NCBI GenBank assembly: GCA_017559955.1
Contig: JAFYPQ010000006.1
Span: 1,362-65,361 of the forward strand
Length of the DNA: 64,000 nt
Direction of reading: 5' to 3'
DNA from: Bacteroidales bacterium
GTDB taxonomy: Bacteria; Bacteroidota; Bacteroidia; Bacteroidales; G3-4614
How positions within the stretch are numbered: position 1 is the stretch's first letter; every line of letters starts with the position of its first letter. Position numbers and translations under genes: made by a program. Shown piece after piece: positions 46,649 to 56,500 of this stretch. The notes below the pieces were generated by a model. The model did no database searches and was not told the DNA's origin. It was given only the letters and a program-made list of their open reading frames with translations.

Positions 46649-46680
46649 AAAGTGGCTGATATATTCGGCCACTTTTTTTT
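46649..46680 (+). terminator. Intrinsic terminator after the GH2 gene
   Basis: aaagtggctga / tcggccacttt stem plus T tract. Confidence 0.85.
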
Positions 46681-46789
46681 GTTTTTATACATTTATCATA
46701 TGCTCTCTTTGAAATCTTCGAGCAAGCATTATATTATTTCGCTCACTTATTTTTATCTTTGCCGAGAGAGAATCTAAAAATTACTCATA

Positions 46790-47911
46790 ATGAAAATTAG
46801 CACATCTGTTATTTCAAAATTATCTCAAATTACATTTCTATTAATAGTTATACTTCTTATATGTATAATTTCAATCAATAGAGATAACAAACTTTTAGGA
46901 ATTTCATTAGAAAATAATGTTACTAAAAATTGTGATAGCTCTATAATATATCAAAACAATAGTACAATTATAAACACAACAAATATTATCTCAGGGATAA
47001 AGGGTTTTGGAGGAGAAACACATTTAGAGATAATTATTAATTCGGAAGGGAAAATAGAAGATGTAAAACCTTTAAAGAATTCCGAATCTCCACGATTTTT
47101 CAAAAGCTTAAAAGATAATGGTTTGTTTTCAGGATGGAAAGGATTGACGCCCGACGAAGCACTAACGAAAGATGTGGATGCTATTTCGGGAGCAACAATC
47201 TCTTCAAAAGCAGTAATAAAAACGTTCAACTCTGCAATGGAATATGTTATAGGAAATAAAATAGTTAAAAGTTCAACTCTTAAAGAGTATTTCACATTAA
47301 AAAACATACTTGCAATTTTAACCATAATAATTGCTGTTATTGTGCCTGTTTTTGCTAAAAACAGAATTTTTAGATACATCCAGCTTGCAATAAACATTAT
47401 AGTTCTCGGTATTTATTGTGGAACATTATTATCGCTATCGATGATTGTAAACTTCATCTCAAACGGATTTGACAATATCGATATCTTAATTCCTCTTATA
47501 CTTATTATAGTTGCATTTATATTTCCTTTGTTTGGCAAAAAACAATATTATTGTTCTTGGATATGTCCATATGGCTCTTCACAAGAAATCATAAACAGCA
47601 TATCGCCATTTAAAATAAAAATATCGCATAGAGTTAATGCCTTTCTTAAAACAATACAAAAAATATTGTGGTGTATAATTATGACAATGCTATGTTTTGG
47701 ATTATATTTTAATATAATGGACTATGAAGCCCCGTCAATATTTATACTTAGTCAAACAAGTATTGTAGTAGTAATAATCGGATTTGCATTTTTAATATTA
47801 TCTTTGTTTGTCAAACGTCCGTATTGTAAATATATTTGTCCGACAGGATATTTATTAAAGTTCGCCGAAAAGGACAAATATAATTCTAAGGCTAAAAAAC
47901 AAGAGTATTAA
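46790..47911 (+). CDS. FMN-binding plus 4Fe-4S-binding membrane protein (NosR/RnfG-like flavinylation domain)
   Basis: GFGG, ESPRF, DAISGAT flavinylation motif, two CxxxCP motifs (CSWICP, CKYICP), multiple transmembrane segments. Confidence 0.8.
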   Translation: MKISTSVISKLSQITFLLIVILLICIISINRDNKLLGISLENNVTKNCDSSIIYQNNSTIINTTNIISGIKGFGGETHLEIIINSEGKIEDVKPLKNSESPRFFKSLKDNGLFSGWKGLTPDEALTKDVDAISGATISSKAVIKTFNSAMEYVIGNKIVKSSTLKEYFTLKNILAILTIIIAVIVPVFAKNRIFRYIQLAINIIVLGIYCGTLLSLSMIVNFISNGFDNIDILIPLILIIVAFIFPLFGKKQYYCSWICPYGSSQEIINSISPFKIKISHRVNAFLKTIQKILWCIIMTMLCFGLYFNIMDYEAPSIFILSQTSIVVVIIGFAFLILSLFVKRPYCKYICPTGYLLKFAEKDKYNSKAKKQEY

Positions 47912-47965
47912 ACTCCTTTCAAAAGGAAGAAATATATATCAATAAAATATTAATATCATACATAT

Positions 47966-49366
47966 ATGAAAAAACAAAATTTCTTTTTATCGTCATGTGC
48001 ATTATTGGCAACTGTTTCATGTAGCATACCCACTGAAAATGAAAAAACGCCAAACGTAATATTTATATTGGCCGACGATCTTGGATATGGAGATTTAGGA
48101 TGTTACGGTCAAGAAAAAATCCAAACTCCCCATATAGACCGTATGGCAGAACAAGGAATGTTATTTACTAACCACTATGCCGGATGCACCGTAAGTGCTC
48201 CGTCAAGATGTTCATTAATGACAGGATTGCATACAGGACATTCACAAATCAGAGGGAATAAAGAGTTATATCCCGAAGGACAACAACCAATGAAGGAGGG
48301 AACATATACAATTGGGTCGTTAATGAAAGATGCAGGATACACAACAGGTATTTTCGGTAAGTGGGGATTAGGATACCCAAGGTCTGTATCTACACCAAAC
48401 GAAATGGGATTCGACGAATTCTACGGATATAACTGCCAAAGACAGGCTCACACATATTATCCACAACATCTATGGCATAATAACGATTCAATATCAATTC
48501 CTGAAAATTTAAACAATGGAAGAGTAATATTCTCACAAGATTTAATTCACGAACAAGCATTGAATTTTATTAGAGAAAACGCTGATACATCTTTCTTTGC
48601 AATGCTTACATACACACTTCCTCACGCCGAGTTAAATTTACCTCACGATTCGATATATGCGATGTATGAGAATAAATTCGATGAGGTTCCCTACGACGGA
48701 CATCAAGGATATTATAAATCAGATAAGCCATATGCCTCATTTGCAGCTATGGTTACCCGATTGGATCTGTATGTTGGAGAGGTTATAGATGAACTAAAAA
48801 AACTTGGCATTGATAAAAATACAATCGTTATATTTACAAGCGATAACGGACCACACAGAGAGGGCGGTGCAAATCCCGATTACTTCAAAAGTTACGGACC
48901 CTTAAAGGGAACAAAACGAGATGTGTATGATGGCGGAATAAGAATTCCGTTTATTGCGTGGTGTCCGGGGAAGATTGCAGAAGGCGTTAAAACCGACCAC
49001 ATATCTGCATTCTGGGATTTAATGCCAACGCTTGCAGATATGACAAATTCACCAAAAGAGATAACAACTGACGGTATTTCATATTTGCCAACACTATTCT
49101 CTAATGGAGAACAGAATGAACACAAATACCTCTACTGGGAATTTCACGAACTTAATGGAAGAATTGCATTGCGTGCAGGAGATTGGAAACTTATAAAACA
49201 ACCTATAAACGGTGATACTATTCTCGAACTATACAATATAAAGGAGGATATTCACGAGGATAATAATTTAGCAGAACAATATCCCGATAAGGTTAAAGAG
49301 TTAGAACAATTAATGGATTCTGCAAGAACGCACTCTGATATGTTCAATTTTGGAAGAACCAACTAA
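47966..49366 (+). CDS. Ser-type arylsulfatase (S1), lipoprotein
   Basis: PNVIFILADDLG, SAPSR...LMTG, GKW, SDNG; lipobox-like ATVSC. Confidence 0.93.
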   Translation: MKKQNFFLSSCALLATVSCSIPTENEKTPNVIFILADDLGYGDLGCYGQEKIQTPHIDRMAEQGMLFTNHYAGCTVSAPSRCSLMTGLHTGHSQIRGNKELYPEGQQPMKEGTYTIGSLMKDAGYTTGIFGKWGLGYPRSVSTPNEMGFDEFYGYNCQRQAHTYYPQHLWHNNDSISIPENLNNGRVIFSQDLIHEQALNFIRENADTSFFAMLTYTLPHAELNLPHDSIYAMYENKFDEVPYDGHQGYYKSDKPYASFAAMVTRLDLYVGEVIDELKKLGIDKNTIVIFTSDNGPHREGGANPDYFKSYGPLKGTKRDVYDGGIRIPFIAWCPGKIAEGVKTDHISAFWDLMPTLADMTNSPKEITTDGISYLPTLFSNGEQNEHKYLYWEFHELNGRIALRAGDWKLIKQPINGDTILELYNIKEDIHEDNNLAEQYPDKVKELEQLMDSARTHSDMFNFGRTN

Positions 49367-49373
49367 TATATTG

Positions 49374-49410
49374 AAGAGGTGAAGAATGTTTGTTTCTCCA
49401 CCTCTTTTTT
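49374..49410. terminator. Terminator between the sulfatase and convergent rubredoxin genes
   Basis: aagaggtgaagaa / ttctccacctctt stem plus T tract. Confidence 0.7.
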
Positions 49411-49575
49411 CTATTCAACCAATTCTTTAAATTTATCTTTCGTTGCTCCACATATAGGACAAACCCAGTCATCCGGAATATTCTTAAAATCAGTTCCAGG
49501 AGCTATACCACCATCAGAATCTCCAATCTTCGGGTCATAAATCCATTTACATTTAGTACAGATATATTTTTTCAT
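49411..49575 (-). CDS. Rubredoxin 2 (54 aa)
   Basis: [15 protein letters not shown]...[14 protein letters not shown]; two CxxC. True start is 49575, not 49662. Confidence 0.92.
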   Translation of the reverse strand: MKKYICTKCKWIYDPKIGDSDGGIAPGTDFKNIPDDWVCPICGATKDKFKELVE

Positions 49576-49591
49576 GATATTTAAAATTTCT

Positions 49592-49750
49592 TTATAACTC
49601 ATCAAACATATCTTTGCCCACACCGCATAGCGGACAAACCCAATCATCTGGAATATCTTCAAATTGAGTTCCGGGAGCTATTCCACCATCAGGATCACCA
49701 ATCTCTGGGTCATATACCCAATCACATACTGTGCAAACATACTTTTTCAT
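49592..49750 (-). CDS. Rubredoxin 1 (52 aa)
   Basis: Not in the ORF track: [52 protein letters not shown]. Confidence 0.95.
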   Translation of the reverse strand: MKKYVCTVCDWVYDPEIGDPDGGIAPGTQFEDIPDDWVCPLCGVGKDMFDEL

Positions 49751-49838
49751 AGTTCTATAGTTTTACATTATTAACAATTAATTATACCTATTAGTTTGTT
49801 TTTTTTACAAGCAAAATAAATTTATTTATTGCATATAA

Positions 49839-49880
49839 TCAAACAGATTTATTATATATTTGTATCGATAAAACCGATTA
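49839..49880. promoter_or_regulatory. Putative OxyR-type operator at the rubredoxin/oxyR divergent promoter
   Basis: ACAG-N7-ATAT-N6-ATCG-N7-CGAT; 30/42 ungapped identity to 51300-51341. Confidence 0.7.
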
Positions 49881-49892
49881 AAATATTTTATT

Positions 49893-50819
49893 ATGACTCT
49901 GCAACAACTCGAATATATAGTAGCCGTCGATAAATACAGACATTTCGTAAAAGCCGCCGAATCGTGTAATATTACGCAATCGACATTAAGTTCATTAATA
50001 CAAAAATTAGAAAATGAATTGGATATAATTATATTTGACAGAACAAGTCATCCTGTAAAGCCTACTCCAATTGGCGAAGAAATAATTTCTCAAGCAAAAA
50101 TTGTTTTATATAATGCAGAGCAACTAAAAGAGTTGGTTAAACTTCAAAAAGAGGAGGAGAGTGGCACTCTGAAAATTGGAACAGTGTCGACAATAGCACC
50201 ATACATTCTGCCCAAACTATTCAAAAAGTTGACAACAGAATATCCACAAATACACCTTTCCGTCGAGGAAGCTCGCATCTCAACCATAACCGACAAACTG
50301 TTACGGGCAGAGCTTGATGTAGCAATATTACCAACGCCAATTGATAGTAATGAATTATTGGAAATACCTCTATATAAAGAGAGGTTTATGGCGTATGTGT
50401 CGCCGAATGAATCGTTTTATGACAGAGAACAGGTATGCGTAAGCAAAATGCCGACTGAAAATTTATGGGTACTTCGTGAGGCATATTGCCCTAATAGTTC
50501 AAAGTTCACATTCTGTTGCAGAGAAAGAGGGAATGCTGCAATTTATGAAGCCGGAAGCATTGAAACTTTAGTAAAGATTGTTGATGAGAACGGAGGATTT
50601 ACTATAATACCGGAATTACATATAAACCTTCTTTCATATGAGCAACAAAAAAGAATAAAACCTATGTGTAATCCCGAACCTTCAAGAGAAATTGCATTGG
50701 TTGTACGTAAAGACTTTGTTCGAGAACGTTTGATTAACATATTAGCCAAAACAATAATCGATGTAATACCTCATCATATGATAAACGAAAGAGTAAAGAA
50801 ATACAGCATTAAACTATAA
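49893..50819 (+). CDS. oxyR: OxyR-like LysR-family regulator
   Basis: MTLQQLEY, HFVKAAESC, TQSTLS helix-turn-helix; Cys199 and Cys208 at canonical positions; flanked by redox genes. Confidence 0.75.
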   Translation: MTLQQLEYIVAVDKYRHFVKAAESCNITQSTLSSLIQKLENELDIIIFDRTSHPVKPTPIGEEIISQAKIVLYNAEQLKELVKLQKEEESGTLKIGTVSTIAPYILPKLFKKLTTEYPQIHLSVEEARISTITDKLLRAELDVAILPTPIDSNELLEIPLYKERFMAYVSPNESFYDREQVCVSKMPTENLWVLREAYCPNSSKFTFCCRERGNAAIYEAGSIETLVKIVDENGGFTIIPELHINLLSYEQQKRIKPMCNPEPSREIALVVRKDFVRERLINILAKTIIDVIPHHMINERVKKYSIKL

Positions 50820-50873
50820 ATCTTTACTCTTCAATAAAATATAAGAAGCTATTTAAATTTTATTGTAAAATTA

Positions 50874-51227
50874 CTATAATATTGAATCAATTGCCTCTTT
50901 TAATTTATTTTTAGAAAGTCCTCCAACCATAATTTGAGGATTTTTATCTATTGGTATAAACAATAGGGTAGGAATTGTTCTTATTCCAAAGGCTATAGCC
51001 AAATCCTCTTCTTGGTCTACATCAATTTTGTAAACATCAACCTTCCCTGCATATTCGTCAGAAATCTCTTCAAGAATAGGCGATAGGGCTTTGCAGGGTC
51101 CGCACCATTGTGCATAAAAATCAACCACAGCAGGTTTATCTCCTAAAAATTTCCAACCATCGCTATTTGCTTCAATATTTGATACTCTTTTTAAAAACTC
51201 ATCTTTAGTTAAATGTATTGTTGCCAT
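50874..51227 (-). CDS. Thioredoxin
   Basis: VDFYAQWCGPCK, IRTIPTL; start reassigned to 51227 (MATIHL). Confidence 0.93.
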   Translation of the reverse strand: MATIHLTKDEFLKRVSNIEANSDGWKFLGDKPAVVDFYAQWCGPCKALSPILEEISDEYAGKVDVYKIDVDQEEDLAIAFGIRTIPTLLFIPIDKNPQIMVGGLSKNKLKEAIDSIL

Positions 51228-51299
51228 AATTATAAGTATTAATTTATTAATAATCTCTTCTTGTTTACAACACAAAAGTAGTATAGAAGTTTTAATCTG

Positions 51300-51341
51300 T
51301 CAAACAGATTTTATATATACCAATATAGATATTCTCGATAA
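51300..51341. promoter_or_regulatory. Putative OxyR-type operator upstream of thioredoxin
   Basis: ACAG-N7-ATAT-N6-ATAG-N7-CGAT abutting the -33 TTTG; -7 element TACTTTTG at 51273-51280. Confidence 0.7.
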
Positions 51342-51487
51342 TACAAATATATTTTTTACTTGTAATTCATCATTGCAACTTTTAGGCGTTTTACATAATA
51401 AAACAATGAACTATGATGCCTTATTAGGCTTTATTTTGTATCTTTTTATTCGATACTGTTGACTATCTTGCTTCAAATGTTCCATAC

Positions 51488-51697
51488 TTATTTATTTTGT
51501 TTTTTACGATACACGGTGCGTTTGTAAATCTTACACTTTGGTGTTACAAATGGTTTGCCTCCTGCAACCAGGTGAGCCGTGTTGTGCAATACATACAACC
51601 TACACCCAATCTCTTGCTCGGTGTACATCTCTAATATGGCAGAGAGAGAACCGAAATACTCCCTCTTGCCGTTGTTAAATTTTACTTTAAGTAACAA
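51488..51697 (-). CDS. Small hypothetical protein (start uncertain)
   Basis: EYFGSLSAILEMYTEQEIG motif and basic C-terminus; TTG start; nearest ATG (51713) is out of frame. Confidence 0.55.
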   Translation of the reverse strand: MLLKVKFNNGKREYFGSLSAILEMYTEQEIGCRLYVLHNTAHLVAGGKPFVTPKCKIYKRTVYRKKQNK

Positions 51698-51941
51698 TAT
51701 ATATATTGCTCATAAAAAAATAACATTAATCTACCAATATATTATGTGTCCTAATAAACAACTTATAGATATCTAATATTTAATATTTTATCTATTTTAT
51801 AAATAACTTTTTATAATCCACAACAAAATTGCACATATTATTATTTATTGTGTAATTTGAAAATTTTTACTAATTTTGCTGCCGATTTGTTGCAGAAGAA
51901 GAGATAAAGCAACAATAGATTATTCACAAAATTTTAATTAG

Positions 51942-53297
51942 ATGAAGAAAAGAATTTTATTAGGATTAACACTTTTAATGGCAACAACATCTGCATTTGC
52001 AGGAGGTCTATTAACAAACACAAATCAAAGTGCCGCTTATGTTAGAAATCCATCACGTGATGCAGCAATTGATGTGGATGCTGTATATTATAACCCTGCC
52101 GGAGTCGCATTTTTAGAAAAAGGCTTTCACTTATCGTTAAACTATCAAGCCGCTGTACAAAAAAGACAAATAACATCTACATCTCCAATTTATCAACTAA
52201 ACCAAAACAACCAAACTCAAGAAAGATATTTTGAAGGAGCTGCCGCTGCACCTGTAATTCCATCAATACAATTTGCATATGTTATAAACGATAATTGGTC
52301 GGTAGCTGCTCAGTTTTCGATAGTAGGTGGCGGCGGAACTTGCGAATTTAAAAATGGACTATCTTTGTTTGAGGGTATGATTGGAGGTAAAGCTGCGGCA
52401 CCTTACACTATTAATCAATCATTAACAGGCAAACAAATTATTTATGGTTTGCAAGTAGGTGCGGTATATAAAATCATCGATCAACTATCAGTTTCTGCCG
52501 GAGTTAGAGGTGTATATGCAAGCATGGGATACGAGGGTGCTATGAACGGCATTACCGTAAACGGAATGGATGCTGAGTATATTAGAAATTATGCACAAAG
52601 TTTACCTGATGCACCAGAATATGCAGTAACAAAAGCTACTCTTATGGCAACAAGTAATTTAATTTCTGATTACACACTTAATTGCAAACAAAAAGCATTT
52701 GGAATTACTCCAATATTAGGTATTGATTTTAAGATGGGTCAATGGAATGTAGCTGCTAAATATGAGTTCAGAACCAAATTAAATCTAAAAAATAAATCAG
52801 AGAATAGCGCCAACGTTGATGCATTAATGCCTGAATATAAAGATGGAGCATACGTTCGTTCCGATATACCTGCATTGTTTACTTTAGGTGTTGAATATTC
52901 TCCTATAAAATCGTTGAGAATAAGCGGAGGATTCCATCACTATCACGACAAAGCGGCAAAAGGAGCAGCAACTAATGTCGATCAAAATACTATTGAAGGA
53001 TTATTTGGTATCGAATATGATGCACACAAAGTTGTTACAATTAGTGCCGGAGTTCAACGCACAAATTATGGTTTCAGCGACGCTCAAATTAAAGACACAA
53101 ACTTTAACTTAGATTCTTGGTGTTTAGGTGTTGGTGCTCAATTTAATTGTACCGATTTTATGAAGATAAATGTCGGATATTTCCACTCTTTCTACCAAGA
53201 CAGAAATGTTGAAAATGCAAACGGAATTCAAACACTAAGCAACAACTATAATCGTAAAAACGATTTAGTTGGTGCAAGTCTTGATTTCAAATTCTAA
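51942..53297 (+). CDS. OmpP1/FadL-family outer membrane transporter
   Basis: Signal peptide then GGLLTNTNQSA, DAVYYNPAG, C-terminal aromatic beta-strand ending in Phe. Confidence 0.85.
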   Translation: MKKRILLGLTLLMATTSAFAGGLLTNTNQSAAYVRNPSRDAAIDVDAVYYNPAGVAFLEKGFHLSLNYQAAVQKRQITSTSPIYQLNQNNQTQERYFEGAAAAPVIPSIQFAYVINDNWSVAAQFSIVGGGGTCEFKNGLSLFEGMIGGKAAAPYTINQSLTGKQIIYGLQVGAVYKIIDQLSVSAGVRGVYASMGYEGAMNGITVNGMDAEYIRNYAQSLPDAPEYAVTKATLMATSNLISDYTLNCKQKAFGITPILGIDFKMGQWNVAAKYEFRTKLNLKNKSENSANVDALMPEYKDGAYVRSDIPALFTLGVEYSPIKSLRISGGFHHYHDKAAKGAATNVDQNTIEGLFGIEYDAHKVVTISAGVQRTNYGFSDAQIKDTNFNLDSWCLGVGAQFNCTDFMKINVGYFHSFYQDRNVENANGIQTLSNNYNRKNDLVGASLDFKF

Positions 53298-53507
53298 AAT
53301 ACTACTCGTTTATATAATAACAATTATTTACAAAATTTTATATGGTCCTAAGGTTCTATTTAATGAATCTTAGGGCTTATTTTTTATAATCTGTTTTAAT
53401 AATCCAAAGGAAATTTGCAACATAAGTAATTTTTGCAATAAAATTTAAACAGCTTCTTATTTATCCAATATTTATTTTTAGTTTTGTATAGTATATTAAA
53501 ACTAAAT

Positions 53508-56500
53508 ATGAGTATCACTCCAACAGATTTTATCCATAACCAATATAACGACAATGCAGAGACGTTGTATTCTTTTATTGAATCATCAATTAAGATGATT
53601 CCAAATTATAAAAGTATATATACCCGACTTAATAATATTTATGTTAGAATATTAAATCAAAATACTTCGTTTGTAACAATAAAACTTGTTGGAAGTTTTG
53701 CAAAAACCGACTATCTTTTAAAAGAATATAATGCCTCTGTTGAATTAATGCATAGAATTAACGATTTCAGAGTTAGAGCAAGAAAAATAGATGACTATTC
53801 TATTAATGAATTGTCGATATTTTTAATGCAAGATATTAAGGCACTGGCACAATTCATATCGTTAATTTATAAAACTTGTATTCCTGAAAATTTATCAAAA
53901 TTATTTCCTTCAAACAATGAATATATAAACAGGAAAAGGGATAAACTATTAAATGACTATATAAGAGTAATTGTTAATAAATGGGATGACGAGTTTATAT
54001 ACTGCACTAATGAAGAGAATGTTGAAAATGAATTAAAAATATATTATGGCGAAAATTGTGGTATATATAAATTCAATTGGAGCTATATATCATTGCTATT
54101 ATATAAAAATGCACAGCTTAATATTATTAAACCTAAATATAAAGATGATATAATAATTCCAGAATTAATCATCTTTGAACCCGATTATTTGGTTGACATA
54201 TCATCAGTGGCTAATTGCTTTGAGCAATATGCCGAAGACCAAGTTTTATATCTTATCAATAAGATTAAACCAAACATCAATTCAAGTGCAATATTATTAG
54301 GTAATTTAGCCAGTCAATTTCTCGATGAAGAAATTTATTCAAGAGAGATAGAGGTATCATATAACGAAAGCATTAAGAACTTCTTCAAAAAGAATTCTCT
54401 TTCTTTACTATCGGCAGATATAGAGAGCGATTTTCACCTTAACGCAAAACAACAAAAGAATAATATTCATAAATCGATAGGAGAGGAACTTCCCCTGCGA
54501 GTATCATCATTCGATTTTGACAATATATTATTAGAACCCTCTTTTTTTTCAGAGATGTTAGGTTTGCAAGGACGTATGGACCTTTTGCAAGCAGATTTTT
54601 CATTATTAATTGAACAAAAATCAGGTAAATGTGGATTTCCTCAAACCGAACCTGAGACCCCGATAGCTTTAAAAAAACATTATGTTCAGATGCTGTTATA
54701 TATGGCCATATTGAGGTATAATTATCCAAAACAGTATAAGAATAATAATCATAAATTAAATGCATTCTTACTATATTCTAAATATAAGAACAGCCTCTTA
54801 GGCTTGGGATTTGCTCCTGAATTATTGTTTAAATCATTAAAAATACGAAACGAAATTGTATATAACGAATATAAATATGCAAGCAAAGGTGTCAATATAC
54901 TAAAAGAGATAACCCCTGAGACGGTCAACAAGAATAAGATTGATAATAAATTATGGAGTAATTACATACTACCTCAACTATCTGAATTATTATCGCCTAT
55001 AAATAGTGCTTCAGAATTAGAGAGAGAGTATTATTTACAATTTCTTAAGTTTATTGAAAATGAGCAATTGTATTCCAAAATAGGTAATAGGACAAAAGAG
55101 AATAGCGGTTTCGCATCAAAGTGGCACGATACTCTTGATGAAAAGCTAAATGCAGGAAATATATATGATAAACTCACTCTCATTTATCCTTCAAAAAATC
55201 ATACAGGAAGCATCGAGGATGTTGAATTAAAATTTAATAAAGATTTTAATCAAGAGATTGCTAATTTCAGAGTAGGGGATATTGTAATTTTATATCCATA
55301 CAATGCAGGAGAAATTCCCGATCTACGAAAAACAATTGTTCACCGATGCTCAATAACCAATATAAATATCGGCACAATCAAACTCTCTTTAAGAGCACCT
55401 CAAACAAATGTAAAACTCTTTTTGTCAAAGAGTGATAATTTTTGGGCAATAGAGCACGATTTTATTGAATCGTCATATAGTAGTTTATACAGAGGTATGC
55501 ACTCATTTTTGTCGGCACCGAAAGAACGTAAAGATTTGCTTCTTTTACAACGTTCTCCCCGAAGCGATTCGTCGATAAAATTAAACGGAGAATATGGATG
55601 CTTTAATGAATTGGCATTAAAGATAAAACAAGCAAAAGATATATTTTTACTTATAGGCCCTCCGGGAACAGGAAAAACATCATTTGGATTATTGACAACA
55701 TTAAAAGAAGAGCTCACCGAAGCAAACTCAAACATACTGCTACTGTCATATACAAATAGAGCAGTAGATGAAATATGCTCAAAACTTGTTGAGGAGAATA
55801 TCGATTTTATTAGAATCGGAAATAAAAATTCGTGCGACATTCAATATGTCGATTTCTTATTAGAAAACCGTTCTAAAAATTGTACTAACATATCCGAACT
55901 CGGCATACTAATAAAAAACACAAGAGTTTTTGTTGCAACAACAGCATCTATAAACAACAATAATTCACTCTTTGATTTAAAACAATTCAATCTTGCAATA
56001 ATAGACGAAGCGTCTCAGATTTTGGAACCAAATATAATAGGTATACTATCAGAGCAACGAAACGGCAACCCCGTTGTTAAAAAATTTGTAATGATAGGAG
56101 ATTACAAGCAATTACCGGCAGTGGTTCAACAACCCGATTATGAATCAAAAACCAATTCGCAAATATTAAACAATATATATTTAACGGATTGTTCTTTATC
56201 TCTATTCGAACGATTATTACGAAAATACAAAGACGATAATTCAATTACATATATGCTTACCAAGCAGGGCAGGATGCATAAGGATATTGCAGAGTTTCCA
56301 AACAGGTTATTCTATAATAACCGTTTAGATGTAGTTCCATTGCCTCACCAAATTGATAATTTTGTTGAAACTAAATCGGGAAATAATACAGAAGATATAT
56401 TATCATCAAGCAGAGTGATATTTTTACAAACCCAACCTCTACAAAACAATAATAACAACAAAGTAAATACTGCGGAGGCTGAGGTTATAGCTAAAATTAT

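Noticed and set aside
49576-49662. N-terminal extension of the 83-aa rubredoxin ORF, suggesting a fusion
   Set aside because: The extension is an off-frame reading of the upstream rubredoxin gene; two separate genes with their own start and stop explain the region.
53508-55000. Cas4-like nuclease motif as part of a CRISPR system
   Set aside because: No cas genes or array are present; the motif is the nuclease half of a Dna2-like fusion.
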